Shown: positions 10,590 to 21,567 of the stretch, in pieces
Layout of the letters: each line of letters begins with the position of its first letter
Numbering within the stretch: position 1 is the first letter of the stretch
Assembly: GCA_002269645.1 (NCBI GenBank)
Contig: NIVC01002082.1
Location: 1 to 64,000 of the forward strand
DNA from: Macrostomum lignano
Lineage: Eukaryota
Direction: 5' to 3'
Length of the DNA stretch: 64,000 bases
The notes under the pieces: model-generated
What the model was told of the DNA's origin: nothing
Database searches by the model: none
What the model saw: the letters and a program-made list of their open reading frames with translations, nothing else
Made by a program: the position numbers and the translations under genes

Positions 10590-11628
10590 CCACCTCAGAA
10601 AATGAAACCGCTGGTTTCAAATTTTGAGGTGGGTGATCTGAGTTCTGCACTGCTTCTCTAGCCTCCGCAACTAGCTCTACGCTCTCCCGAGCTCATTCTA
10701 TTTTTAGTCAAACATAACACTAGCGATCTCGCGCTGGGGGTAGAGGGGCGCCTGGGAATTTTGAGTCTCCCGTTGTACTGAAATCTCCTTCCCCTTGAGC
10801 TCCTCTCCCTTTCCCTTCCCCAACAGTCCGGTCCAGAGCACTGGGCTCTCTTTGCACAGGGGCGCCGCGCCACCTCAGAAAATGAAACCGCTGGTTTCAA
10901 ATTTTGAGGTGGGTGATCTGAGTTCTGCACTGCTTCTCTAGCCTCCGCAACTAGCTCTACGCTCTCCCGAGCTTAGTCAAACAGCCACCTCAGAAAATGA
11001 AACCGCTGGTTTCAAATTTTGAGGTGGGTCTACACTGCTGCGCTATCCAGTTCTCACCCGCCCTGCCACTCACTGCATGCAGTCCGCGCATTCCGCCACA
11101 AGTCCCCCCCTTCTCTCTCCACCCACCCTCCCTCTGCAATTCACTTCTGTGCAGTGCAGCGCCAAAGCCAAAAAAGAGAATTGCAGAGGGTTGAGGGTTG
11201 AGCCGGGCGGGAGGGGTCTTTCGTTTTCTAGCCTCCACAACTAGCCGCTCCGTTTTCTTCTACACTCTCCCGAGCTTAGTCAAACAACCACCTCAGAAAA
11301 TGAAACCGCTGGTTTCAAATTTTGAGGTGGGTGATCTCTTCTACGCTCTCCCAACGCATGGTATGGGTTTTATTTTTAGAACTTACGTCTACACTCTACA
11401 AGGTACAACCTTCTGGGTGATCCCTCCGTTTTCTTCTACGCTCTCCTAGTCAAACAGCCACCTCAGAAAATGAAACCGTTGGTTTCAAATTTTGAGGTGG
11501 GTGATCTGAGTTCTGCACTGCTTCCAGCAGAAACATTTTTCTACACTGTCCCAAGCAAATTTGCTATTTTAATCAGACACCCACCTCAGAAAATGAAACC
11601 AGTGGTTTCAAAATTTGAGGTTGGTGTC
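10590..11628. repeat. Six dispersed 43-bp imperfect palindromes with mosaic spacers
   Basis: CCACCTCAGAAAATGAAACC-NNN-GGTTTCAAATTTTGAGGTGG at 10590, 10870, 10985, 11288, 11458 and (variant) 11581. Confidence 0.95.
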
Positions 11629-11712
11629 AACATTAGTAACTATCCAAGGATAACTTGCTATTATTGTAGCTTCATGAGTTGCTAAATAAACAATAGATAG
11701 GTAATTTAAAAG

Positions 11713-12336
11713 TTAAAACAACAAGCCTTCGTCCACTTCCTGTTGCAGCATCGCAAGGGCCTCTGGCAAGTATGCAATCATCGACTTCAGCTTGTGCAGG
11801 GACATTGCAGATCTTTGTAGCACCGGATATTTCTCAGCTTGGTCAGCCAATTTCATCAGAAAGTTGGTCCACTGGCTGGTGAACGGTGCACGTCTTTTCA
11901 GCTCGTTGAACTGTTCCTTACTGAGAACCCGCTCCATTCTCAGAAAGATCCTGCCGAGCTGTAGGCCGTTTGCAAAGCCATGCTTACCATACCGTTCAAC
12001 TAGCTTATGAAGGTTGGCAATCTGTACAAGCACTGCGTCGATCGTAAATGTTCCCTGCATAAATTCTTCTAGAGAATGCACTGGAACAGGCTCACTGTTG
12101 GTCTTGTAGGCCATGCGCAACTCGTCCAGAGCCTTGCTGATTTGTGATTGTTTGTCGGCAGTTTTCGCTAGCCGACCACTGATAGTTGGCTTCACGATGG
12201 GTGACCGAGCAATTGCATTATATTTATCGGCCCAAACATTCCAATTGTCAAGATCTTTACTAGAAAAAACCGCCTTGATGAAATTCTCCAGATTTTCGAT
12301 GTAAACGTTGTCGCCTGCTTGCATTTCAGCATCCAT
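11713..12336 (-). CDS. Polinton accessory protein, 207 aa, unknown function
   Basis: Intact ORF; GCCATGG Kozak context; upstream TATA; predicted helical. Confidence 0.75.
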   Translation of the reverse strand: MDAEMQAGDNVYIENLENFIKAVFSSKDLDNWNVWADKYNAIARSPIVKPTISGRLAKTADKQSQISKALDELRMAYKTNSEPVPVHSLEEFMQGTFTIDAVLVQIANLHKLVERYGKHGFANGLQLGRIFLRMERVLSKEQFNELKRRAPFTSQWTNFLMKLADQAEKYPVLQRSAMSLHKLKSMIAYLPEALAMLQQEVDEGLLF

Positions 12337-12453
12337 GGCAAGATCCAGAGATTAAGCTAGTCAAAAATAAGAAGTTGCTGGCTCAGCGAGTTGAGGCGGG
12401 GCGAGGCGAGGCGGAGCAGGCAGGGTGAGGCGAGGGGCGGTGTGAATCGGCTG

Positions 12454-12533
12454 TATATATACCATTGGTGTGGGCTCGGGAATCCACGGATTCTCTTTTT
12501 GTTCTAGAATTTTCTAGAATTCGAATTCTAGAA
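12454..12533 (-). promoter_or_regulatory. Heat-shock-type promoter (HSE + CCAAT + TATA) for ORF 11713..12336
   Basis: gTTCtaGAAttTTCtaGAAt at 12501-12520 is a perfect 4-unit HSE, overlapped by the 22-bp palindrome 12512-12533; CCAAT at 12464-12468; TATATATA at 12454-12461. Confidence 0.7.
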
Positions 12534-12885
12534 GGGAAACCCGCAGATTTTCTACTTATAGCCAGTATTTTCTATTAATGGTTGATTGGGGTTGCCTGGG
12601 AAAGATCTAGGAAGACTGCTGAAAGAGCTGGGGGTTGAGAAGGCTGGGGGTTTAAACAAGGAACTAAATGGGCATTTCTGAAGCTAGGCAAGGGATCTTC
12701 TGAGCTAGTTAGGGTTGAGCTGGGCAAAAGCTTTTTTCTCTATGCTGCACACGCCGCTCGCGCTATGACAAGAAACAGCTGCCATACCCATTCCGCTATC
12801 ACCCACCCGCCACACAGCAAAATACCATGCGTAAAAATATCTATTAATGCAGTCTTAAAGTCTTAAAGCGTATCGTAACGACATT

Positions 12886-13125
12886 CTACAATTGCTTAAT
12901 GATTTCTGCAAAGTTATAATAGCTGTCGTAATCTTTTACATAGGTTACTCCATACTTATGAAACCAATGTCTTTGGAGAGCTAGATTAATATTAGGGACA
13001 TTGATATGAACGTCGGGCCAATATTTTCTCATGTATTCGCTGCATTCAAGTTTGCATCGGTACTTGGATTTGTAATTAGGCTCGTGCGCTTTGTAATAAG
13101 AACCTGGAGAGACAACTGGAAACAT
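12886..13125 (-). CDS. Small hypothetical viral ORF, 79 aa
   Basis: Open ORF with the A-rich pre-ATG context (AATAAAATG) typical of this element. Confidence 0.45.
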   Translation of the reverse strand: MFPVVSPGSYYKAHEPNYKSKYRCKLECSEYMRKYWPDVHINVPNINLALQRHWFHKYGVTYVKDYDSYYNFAEIIKQL

Positions 13126-13315
13126 TTTATTGAGAATTTATTATTTTTTTCAAAGGGTAAGGACCCTGCGCTGATAATTTAAAGTCTTAGGGATCTGGTA
13201 GCACGTTGCAAATTGAATGTGGGAAGAAGAATGCAGATTATTTTCTTATTGTTTCGAAGATGCTATGGGTGGATGTCGGTGTCAATGAGCATAACAGGTG
13301 TCAGTGGACACCTGC

Positions 13316-13535
13316 TCTGATTCTGTCAGGGATAATATGGATGGATTTAATACGATTATGTTCGAAGTTTTCGGAGCAAGTGCGACCCCTCCACTTTTTC
13401 ATGATTCTGTCAGGGATAATATGGATGGATTTAATGGGATTATGGAGGACGTTTTGTGAGCGAGTGCGACCCCCCTTTTTTTCTGATTCTGTCAGGGATA
13501 ATATGGATGGATTTAATGGGATTATGGAGGACGTG
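13316..13535 (+). repeat. Three copies of an 82-84-bp unit (GATTCTGTCAGGGATAATATGGATGGATTTAAT...)
   Basis: Core starts at 13319, 13403 and 13485; lies within ORF 13206..13649, whose coding status is doubtful. Confidence 0.9.
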
Positions 13536-13779
13536 AAAAATTTTGTCCCAAAAGCCCCCTCATGCCTTCTACTCTGGGAGAAGTGCGTGCAGTTGATGGG
13601 CAATTATGTCGAGAAAGCTTCCCTCCCTGATGATGATGAGGCATACTAACTGTCGTAACTTCTTGACCTGTTGCACCATGCACAAATTCATTGTAACTCT
13701 ATGGTCGACCTTTTTGTGTGTTTCTATCCATAACTTTGTTATAGGTTGTGTTTTTTGTTAAATATTTGCAGTCAAATTA

Positions 13780-13879
13780 AAGCTGATATGTTCCGCTTTC
13801 CAACAACACCAAACTATTTTCAAGCATACAGTAAAGCTATACAAGCAAAAGTATCATTACTTTTTGGACACCCCTCGTA
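13780..13879. mobile_element. Right end of a Tc1/mariner-like non-autonomous element (remnant)
   Basis: TTTTTGGACACCCCTCG followed by TA resembles Tc1-type ends; partner end not found. Confidence 0.35.
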
Positions 13880-14737
13880 CATGTATACCTAATATATGAT
13901 AGAGCCAGTTTTTTAAACATTCAATGGTTATACATTAATAATTAAAGATTAATTAGCAAATTAGCAAATTAGCAAATTAGCTGTGGTATTAATATTATAT
14001 ACAAGTAATATAAGCTTATATATTGCATAGCAAATATCAAAATTTTGAAAGCTTAAACTTTTAAATTTTTAGTTTCAAAGTTAACTGTGGCATTTAGAGC
14101 AGCTGAAACTAGAAAGTCTACTATGCAATACAAGCAATGTAAGCAACTGACATATGATTGATAAGAGCATCTATAGTCCTATGTGTGCTAATTCAACTGC
14201 CACAATCTTAGAACATTTGGCCTCATTTAACTCAGTTACTTTGGCAATTGAAAAATGGCCATAGGCAATTCTATCAAGTCTTTTAAGCTCAGGTGATAAA
14301 GTAACTAGAATAAATGGCAATGATATCACTATTAAGTGTATTTGATTGATGCTAATTAAAAATACTACATTTTTCTTATTCCAAGCTGACCTAATAGCTA
14401 GAGTTGATGGCTCATGGCTACAGTGTACCTATCTTACCAAAATCAACTACCAAGGCATATTTCAAGGCTTACAATTCTGAAACATTGCTAAGTTTGTTGG
14501 TCAATAATACTCAATATCAATACCAAATTATATCACTGATTGTGAGATGCTGATGCCTTGGCCAATGATGAACAAGTAGCAATTAACAACAGGGTATGGA
14601 TGGTTAGGCCATGGCCTACTAGAACTGTTCTACCAACTATTTAAATAATGAAAATTAAATAAATACTTTGTATGCCAAACCAACAATTTATCTATTGTGT
14701 AATTATTAGTAATAATTTTTGCATTATACATATTATG

Positions 14738-15526
14738 CAATGTTGGGCACAGGTCCAATACTCCGATACCCCATTAGTATTGCCGATACCATTTAAGTAT
14801 CAGACCTTGTTACTTTTTTTCTCAGTATTGGACCTTGGTATTGCCAATACATTTTCTTAAGTCTGATAATCCAATACATTTAAATACAAAAAGATAATTA
14901 AAAAATATGCTAATCACATAATTTACTTATTATTTATTATATAAACACTTTTAAATTTCAATTTTGATCAATTTTATTCTACAACTACATATAAAAATAT
15001 TAGACATTAGACTGATGAGTCAATGACTTTGGCTATGACTAACTAGTTAGTTAAGTTAGTAATAACTACAACTAAAACTACTGCCTGAATTTATTTCTGA
15101 ATTTTTTTCTTAAGTTGTAGGCCTTCTATTATAACTTATAAGACTTTAATACTTTATATTTATAAACTTTAAATTTACTTAGGGCCTAGTGGTACTGGTA
15201 GTGACTAGTGAGTTTTTAATTGTACTAGCAACTATCCTATCCTATCATTCAATTCAAACTATACTATACTATTCCTGGCTTAAGTTAAGGAATAAATTAA
15301 GGCTTAAATTAAGTAGCTAAGAGCTTTTTCTTCATTTTTGGCTTGATAGATGCAGAAAAGTGAGAAAATGCAAAAAATGATATATTGGACTAAGTATTAG
15401 AATAAAGTATCGCGCAATACTCAAATTTTGGTATTGGACCAACAAATATCGCCAATACCTTTTAGAGTATTGGTATCAGAGTATTGCTTTAAAATGATAA
15501 TTTTTAAAGTATTGTGTCCAACACTG
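14738..15526. mobile_element. hAT-family MITE, 789 bp
   Basis: TIR CA(A/G)TGTTGG(G/A)CAC; perfect 8-bp TSD ATATTATG on both sides. Confidence 0.9.
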
Positions 15527-18022
15527 ATATTATGCTTGTGTTTTAAATAGACCTATCATAATACAAGTGGTTCTATCAATGCTCATAATATGCTATATGC
15601 TCTGTTGTTCTGAAAAAAAAAATTCTAAAAATATTTTTATTACTTTTTATTAGTATAGAGAAGACGTAGTAGGGCTCTATGAATTAATGCATTTGTAATA
15701 GTGCTTGAATATTGTATGTTTTCTAGGAAACTAAATCTGCACAAAATACTAGATACTTTTTGTTTTAATGCACAAAATAAATTGTTATATTTGTATCAGG
15801 AAAATTTATGTATATATAAGAGCAAAACCACTGTCAAATAAACTCAACTGGCTATCTGTCTTCTGTGAGCAACTGTTTGCAAGCAACTTATATAGTAGTT
15901 CAACCTATACATTCTTAGAGCTTTCGAGTTAAAGAGTTATTCATTTTTCAAAGTTGAAGAGCAGTTTGGAAATATTTGCTAAGAGAGAAAGTTGGAGAGA
16001 AATCCAGAGAGAAGTACTAAGAGTTGCACTGTGACCCTCTGATCTGGCATAATCTGGACTATAGGCTGTACACTGGGAAATCCCAACATGAATACAATCT
16101 ACTTTGGTAACAGATATTTCAGTAATAGCCACTTTGGTAACAAAAAATGACTACTTTGGTAATAGCCACTTTAGTAACAAAGCAGATTTACAACTTTCAA
16201 CACTTTATGATAATTAGGTTTAGCAATAACTAGTTTAAAAATAAACTTTTCAAATATCTTATTGCCATATAAATACAATTAAACTTTTGGGTTTAACTGT
16301 ATTATAATTGGTTTAAAATTGTGTGTTAACTTTGTAAAAAAATTGAAGGCAAAAAATTAAGCAAAGCTCAAGCTTGTATATACTACGCATTGATTAAAAT
16401 TGAAACTTAATTAATGAACAAAAAAGTAGATTATGTACTTTTAAGTTGCTATTTGCTAACTAGATCAGAGATTTTAATGTATACAATGTACAATATTTGG
16501 TCAATTATAGGATGTCTTGGGTGCATGTTTCTGACTCATCTGGAAATTAAAATAGATTGGTTAAACACTGTTAAAAGAGTTAAACATATGCAGGTACGCA
16601 TGTGTTTTGTTATTCTTTCTTTAAAGTTTGTTCATACATTCTTTCAAAGCATATCAATTAATACATACTATATTATTCTTACTTGTTACTGAAGTGGCTC
16701 TTATTAAAATGCCTGTTACTATCCTAGCATACATATTGCCTTTTGAATTGCAAATATTTTCAAATGAAATCATATGTTTTTGAACAAATAAAAGCTACAT
16801 ACACATAAACCTTTTAGAGTTGCACAAGTTTGCCAGAAATATGCATACTAAATGTGCAAGTTTTTGTAAGCATGCATAGAATGTGTCTAGGATTTTGTAC
16901 AAAAATTTCATTTTAGGAAAACACTAAGCTATGCCTATATTTAAAATAAGTTAGCCTAATTTAAAAAATCCATGTTATAAAGTTTACTTACTGATTTTGA
17001 AGCTCCACCAAGGGACTGGACTGGTTTTCTTCGATATTCACCAGTAAATAGAGGTAGATTCATATTCAATTTAGGCCTCTAGTCTAGACAAAGTCAAAGA
17101 TATAATAATATTTAAGGCCTTGTTAAATTAGTTTTAGGCCTATAAAACAAGTTTGTTATAGATATAGAGGCACAATTAAGCCCAGTAGGCCAAATTTAGA
17201 AAATTGTGAAGCCTAGGCCTATACAAAACGATCTTAACTTGACTGAAGAGAGAGGGCAGGCTAGGGAAATCAGGAAGGTACTTAGTGATGGCTGATGCCT
17301 TTTAATTAAATAATAATTATATCAGTTAGTGACAACACTGATAATTGATAAAATAAATAAAATGACCCCAATTCTTTACTTATCTAGGCCTACACTACAG
17401 TTTATTAAATAATGGTATTAGGTCCTACGCCTAGTATTTCTTCTAATATTATAGATCTTGAAATCTAAGGCAAGACAGTCTCACTTTCAGTCATAGACAT
17501 AGGGTTATAAATAATGTGAAGTATATTATAAAACTAAGTGCATCTATCTGCAACTATGAAGAGATAATATATGAATATTGTTGAAATGTTTTACGCTAAA
17601 TTTACAGAAATTGCTTTCACTTGTGAAGAAACAAGGAGTCGAGGTGTCAGGTCGTGTCAGAAATTTGTGAAAGAGCTCTGTACTTGCTTGAAGCACATAA
17701 CGTTAAATCAAACTCCAGTATACAATTTAGTCTTGGTGCCAAAATAGTTAGAAATCATTGTGCATAATAGAACGCTAGCTTAGGTTAAAATCTTAACGTT
17801 CCAATATTTTTTAAATATTTTTATTTAAAACCTATGGATTTGACTAAGTCTCTTAATAAAATACCTACTTTAAAAATCGTTATAGTATGCTAAAAGTTCC
17901 GGCGTGGCACGGAGGAAAATACGTTCTCTTACCAAATTCATCGTTATTAACACTAGGTATTCTTTATTACTGTGTATCGAAACCTGTAATAAAAATAAAA
18001 GCAAAATCAACATTAATTTAGT

Positions 18023-18066
18023 TAAACGACGCGTTTCGCTCAACAATATGTGCATCTTCAGGTTTA
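18023..18066 (-). ncRNA. Minimal type I hammerhead ribozyme (Penelope-type), copy A
   Basis: TAAAC-CTGAAGA-T-GCAC(loop)GAGC-GAAAC-GC-GTC-GTTTA: 5-bp stem I, conserved core, palindromic ACGCGU stem III, GUC cleavage triplet. Confidence 0.8.
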
Positions 18067-18470
18067 TTTAAGCAATTGTGCAATATATTGCGCAATTGGT
18101 ATCGCAATTTGGCTGAAACCGTCGGCTATCCAAAACCATGTACTTGCCCTCCCTTTCTTTGGCTATCCTTCTTAACTCTTCAAAAATAAATTCTGCTAAT
18201 TATTACCCAACTCGCTTAATTGCAACATCCGCGTCATCTCAACTCCAACACAGTGGCGCAGGCCATGTTCTCCGTGTGTTCTGACGGAGGGGCCGCACTG
18301 GCTGTACATTCTGTACTTTTGGCTGCAACGCTAACAATCCGTCCCTGGACTTTGCCTCTCGATTTACGGACTAACAAATATGTACTTAAAATTTTGATTA
18401 AATTTGCACCCAAAAATTTTATATTTATAACTTCCGATCTGTACATTTACCTCGTTTTTTTCGCTTAAAA

Positions 18471-18511
18471 TAAACCTGAAGATGCACAGAGTTGTGCGAA
18501 ACGGTCGTTTA
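18471..18511 (+). ncRNA. Minimal type I hammerhead ribozyme, copy B, inverted relative to A
   Basis: TAAAC-CTGAAGA-T-GCAC-AGAGTT-GTGC-GAAAC-G-GTC-GTTTA; one base missing in the stem III loop. Confidence 0.7.
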
Positions 18512-18715
18512 ACTAAATTAATGTTGATTTTTGCCTTTCTCTTTATTCTACTTGCCAAGCGAGCAACTTTACCTGAAACCTACATTTATAATATAACACA
18601 ATGGACCCATGTATAAAGGGTAATACGGAACGTCCTATTATTCATAATCAAATTCTTGTATGCAAGCTTCTGGGCAGGAATGTAAGCTAAAATTATTGAA
18701 TAGTACCAAAAGCTG

Positions 18716-21410
18716 CCCGATCAAAAAAAGTTGGCTTAATTATGTCTTAAAGATGTCTTGCATAAGACAGAAAGATGTCTTCAAGACATCTTACAATTGA
18801 CTTAATTCGGTCTAAAAATTGGCTCCTTGCAACACTTGTAGACAACTTAGAGATAACTTAAAGACGTCTTCAGACATCTTCAAGACATCTTAAAATCTAC
18901 TTAAAGACATCTTCCAGATGACTTGCAGAAGACGTCTTGCCCAAGATCATTTAAGAAATGCTGTTGCCATTGCAATCACAGTTGTTTAAAAGAAAAATGA
19001 CTAAAAATATTACAGCACTCTTTTGTTTCGTTTCAGGCAATATTGATATGAAAGAGAAGCTATTTAGTAGGCTTCTAAACATGGTTCAATGTAATTTATG
19101 ATTTATGATTTATATTTTCATTTAATAAAAGGCACAGTTTAAAAGTCACAGAAGCAATAAAATGGTGAATCAAAAACAAGTTAAAATACACTAAATAAAA
19201 ATGCAAAAATACTCAAGTGCAAGTGTATAATTTTATAATGCATCATACCCTGTCATTGCATGGAAATACTTGGTTAATGCAATAAAAGTTGCTCATTGCT
19301 TGGTGGAAAACTTGCTGTAAATTGATCCTTTGCTAGCCAGAATTGTTTAGTAGTTTAGAATTGGCTCAATCCAGGAAGATTCAAGATCCAGGTTAGCTTC
19401 CACTATGATGGATAGCATGTGTTGATAAGGCTGAAAAGGATAAGTTTAATAAAGGTTATAGTTTATAGGTTGTTAGGCTGAAATAATTTGAAATTCATAA
19501 GTAAAAAAACAATAAATGATAAATAATAGATTATTATACTAATATACTTTAAAAATCTAATAAATAAATTGCCTAGGCCCCTACTATATATTCACACAAG
19601 TGTATTATACAATAACTTTGCCTTAGGCTTAAATACATAGGCTAAAGCTTAGGGCCTAATCTCAAAGCAAAATAAAAAGATTAGAATATCAATTTTATAT
19701 AAAACTTCTAGGCATACCAACTCTATTTATTCTCTATTAGGCCTAATCCAATTTTTGAATGTGATATAGGCCTAATAATAAATTATAAGGCTATATCTAT
19801 TTCTTATTTAAATTTTCATTGGCCTAGCCAAGAAAAAAACACGAATGACTAGGCCTAATATTCAAAATATTGATATATTGAAAACATCATATATATGCCA
19901 TTAGCCAATAATAAAGGCAAAGAGGAAGCAACATATAAAGGCCTATAGGCCAAGGTTTTCTTTTTTGCCAAAGACAAGGTGCAAAAGTGCACTCTATACT
20001 CATTTTTATAGTGCAATTTTAAGGCTCAAAGTGCAATTTCTTATTTTTCTTATTTTAGGGCAATGCAAATGAGGCTTCAAGTTTAACATAAAAACAGGTT
20101 ATAAGACTGTCCCTAAATTGCAATTTTCAATTTCTGGGTGCAATTTTAAATTAAAAGTAACTCTGCATATAAAAAATAAACCTAGCTATAGGCTCATGGA
20201 AATTATTTATTACTTTTGACATAAAAATCAAAGCAAAAACTATTTAGGCCTAAGGAAGAAGCTAGGGCCTATCTACAGCTAAGAGGCCTACAACAGAACA
20301 AAATAGCCTAATAAGCCAATTCAACAACTATAAAACTTTGACTTTAAAAAGCCAGAAGTAAATAAAACATATATTTTTAGTTTTAGGCCTAGTACATGGG
20401 CCTCTAGTTAATGCCTGAATCTTTTAAGGCCTAACTTAAAATGTAAACATGACTATGCATTAGTTAACTAGTGCTTACTAGTGCTAGGCATAGCAATATA
20501 TATGCAGTAGGCCTAACTAAAAAAACATTGCATCCAAGGTCCAATTTAAAATTGTAATTTTTAGGTCAGGATGTTACATAGCATTCCTATTGCCTATTGC
20601 ATAAAAACATTTCTGGCCAATCTGGTTTTTTTGCTGGCACCTGGCACTAGAATATGAAATACAATCCTAGAAGCTATCCAAGGAAGAATTAGTAAAAAAT
20701 ACTACTAGGAATTGGTCTAATTTGAGGATAGTAGATGTAGAGCAGCCAATGAAAAATTGAAACTTATCACAAAAGATAGAAGCAAGTGTTCGACAATTAG
20801 GCGGCCTTCACGGTCACAAGGTTGTCTTTTAGTCCTTTTTAAAAATGTCGTTCCGCCATATTGATTTTAGCTGTTTTTAACAAAAGCATAACCGATATAT
20901 ATTGCAACTTTGTCTTTTTTAATGCTTAGCTGTTTAGAATTTTGTAAATATATTTGCTCCAATCAAAACTGTTGTAGTTAAACTTTGTCTCAAAGTTTGT
21001 AACGACTCGATACAAAAATTGCACATAATTGCACTTCAAAAGCGTAAACGATTTTTAATAAAAGGCACACCTTCCACAGACTACAATACAACAAAATTTT
21101 TAGATAAATGTCACAATAGTTGCTTGTTTTATTTTTTATTGATTTTAACGATCTGGATAAATTTGTATCTGAAACTTCCTACTTACAGTAGAAACAGTTG
21201 TTTATGTAAATTTTTAGTCTTTAAGGTGATGTCTTAAAGATGTCTTCAACAAGACATCTCATAAAAGTCAATTTCAAGTCATCTTCAAGACAACTTTATC
21301 AGGATAGCTTGTGGAAGCAAAGTTGAAGATATCTTGAAATTGTCTTGAGGTGTCTTTAGCCATCTTAAGACAATTCTAAGACGTCTTAAGACAACTTCTT
21401 TTTGATCGGG
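18716..21410. mobile_element. Non-autonomous CMC/EnSpm-like DNA transposon, 2.7 kb
   Basis: TIR CCCGATCAAAAA..AAGTTG.CTTAA; 2-bp flanking duplication TG; many subterminal AAGA(T/C)(G/A)TCTT motifs; no ORF. Confidence 0.7.
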
Positions 21411-21567
21411 TGAGCAGTCATAATGCCCTCGGATACCTTTATGCTGCATGGTGAATTTACATTACAAGATATAAATTAGGTCGCTTAATAATTCCGCACT
21501 CAGTAAATTTTTATTAAGTTCTGATTCAGAATGATTGATTTGATTTATCGCGACTGCATGATAGTAA

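Larger units (their letters stand above)
1..13650. mobile_element. Endogenous Polinton/Maverick (adintovirus-type) element, partial; left part outside window, right end not defined
   Basis: Co-located pPolB, rve integrase, packaging ATPase, adenain-like protease, pX-like protein and PLA2 in a compact intronless layout. Generic AT-rich host repeats begin after about 13,650. No capsid gene or TIR visible. Confidence 0.95.

Noticed and set aside
10590-11628. Palindrome array as a CRISPR array
   Set aside because: Spacers are 72-260 bp, unequal and partly copies of each other; no cas genes; eukaryotic context
13206-13649. 147-aa ORF as a real gene
   Set aside because: Starts at TTG, and its three repeats are read in different frames, which is unexpected for a conserved protein
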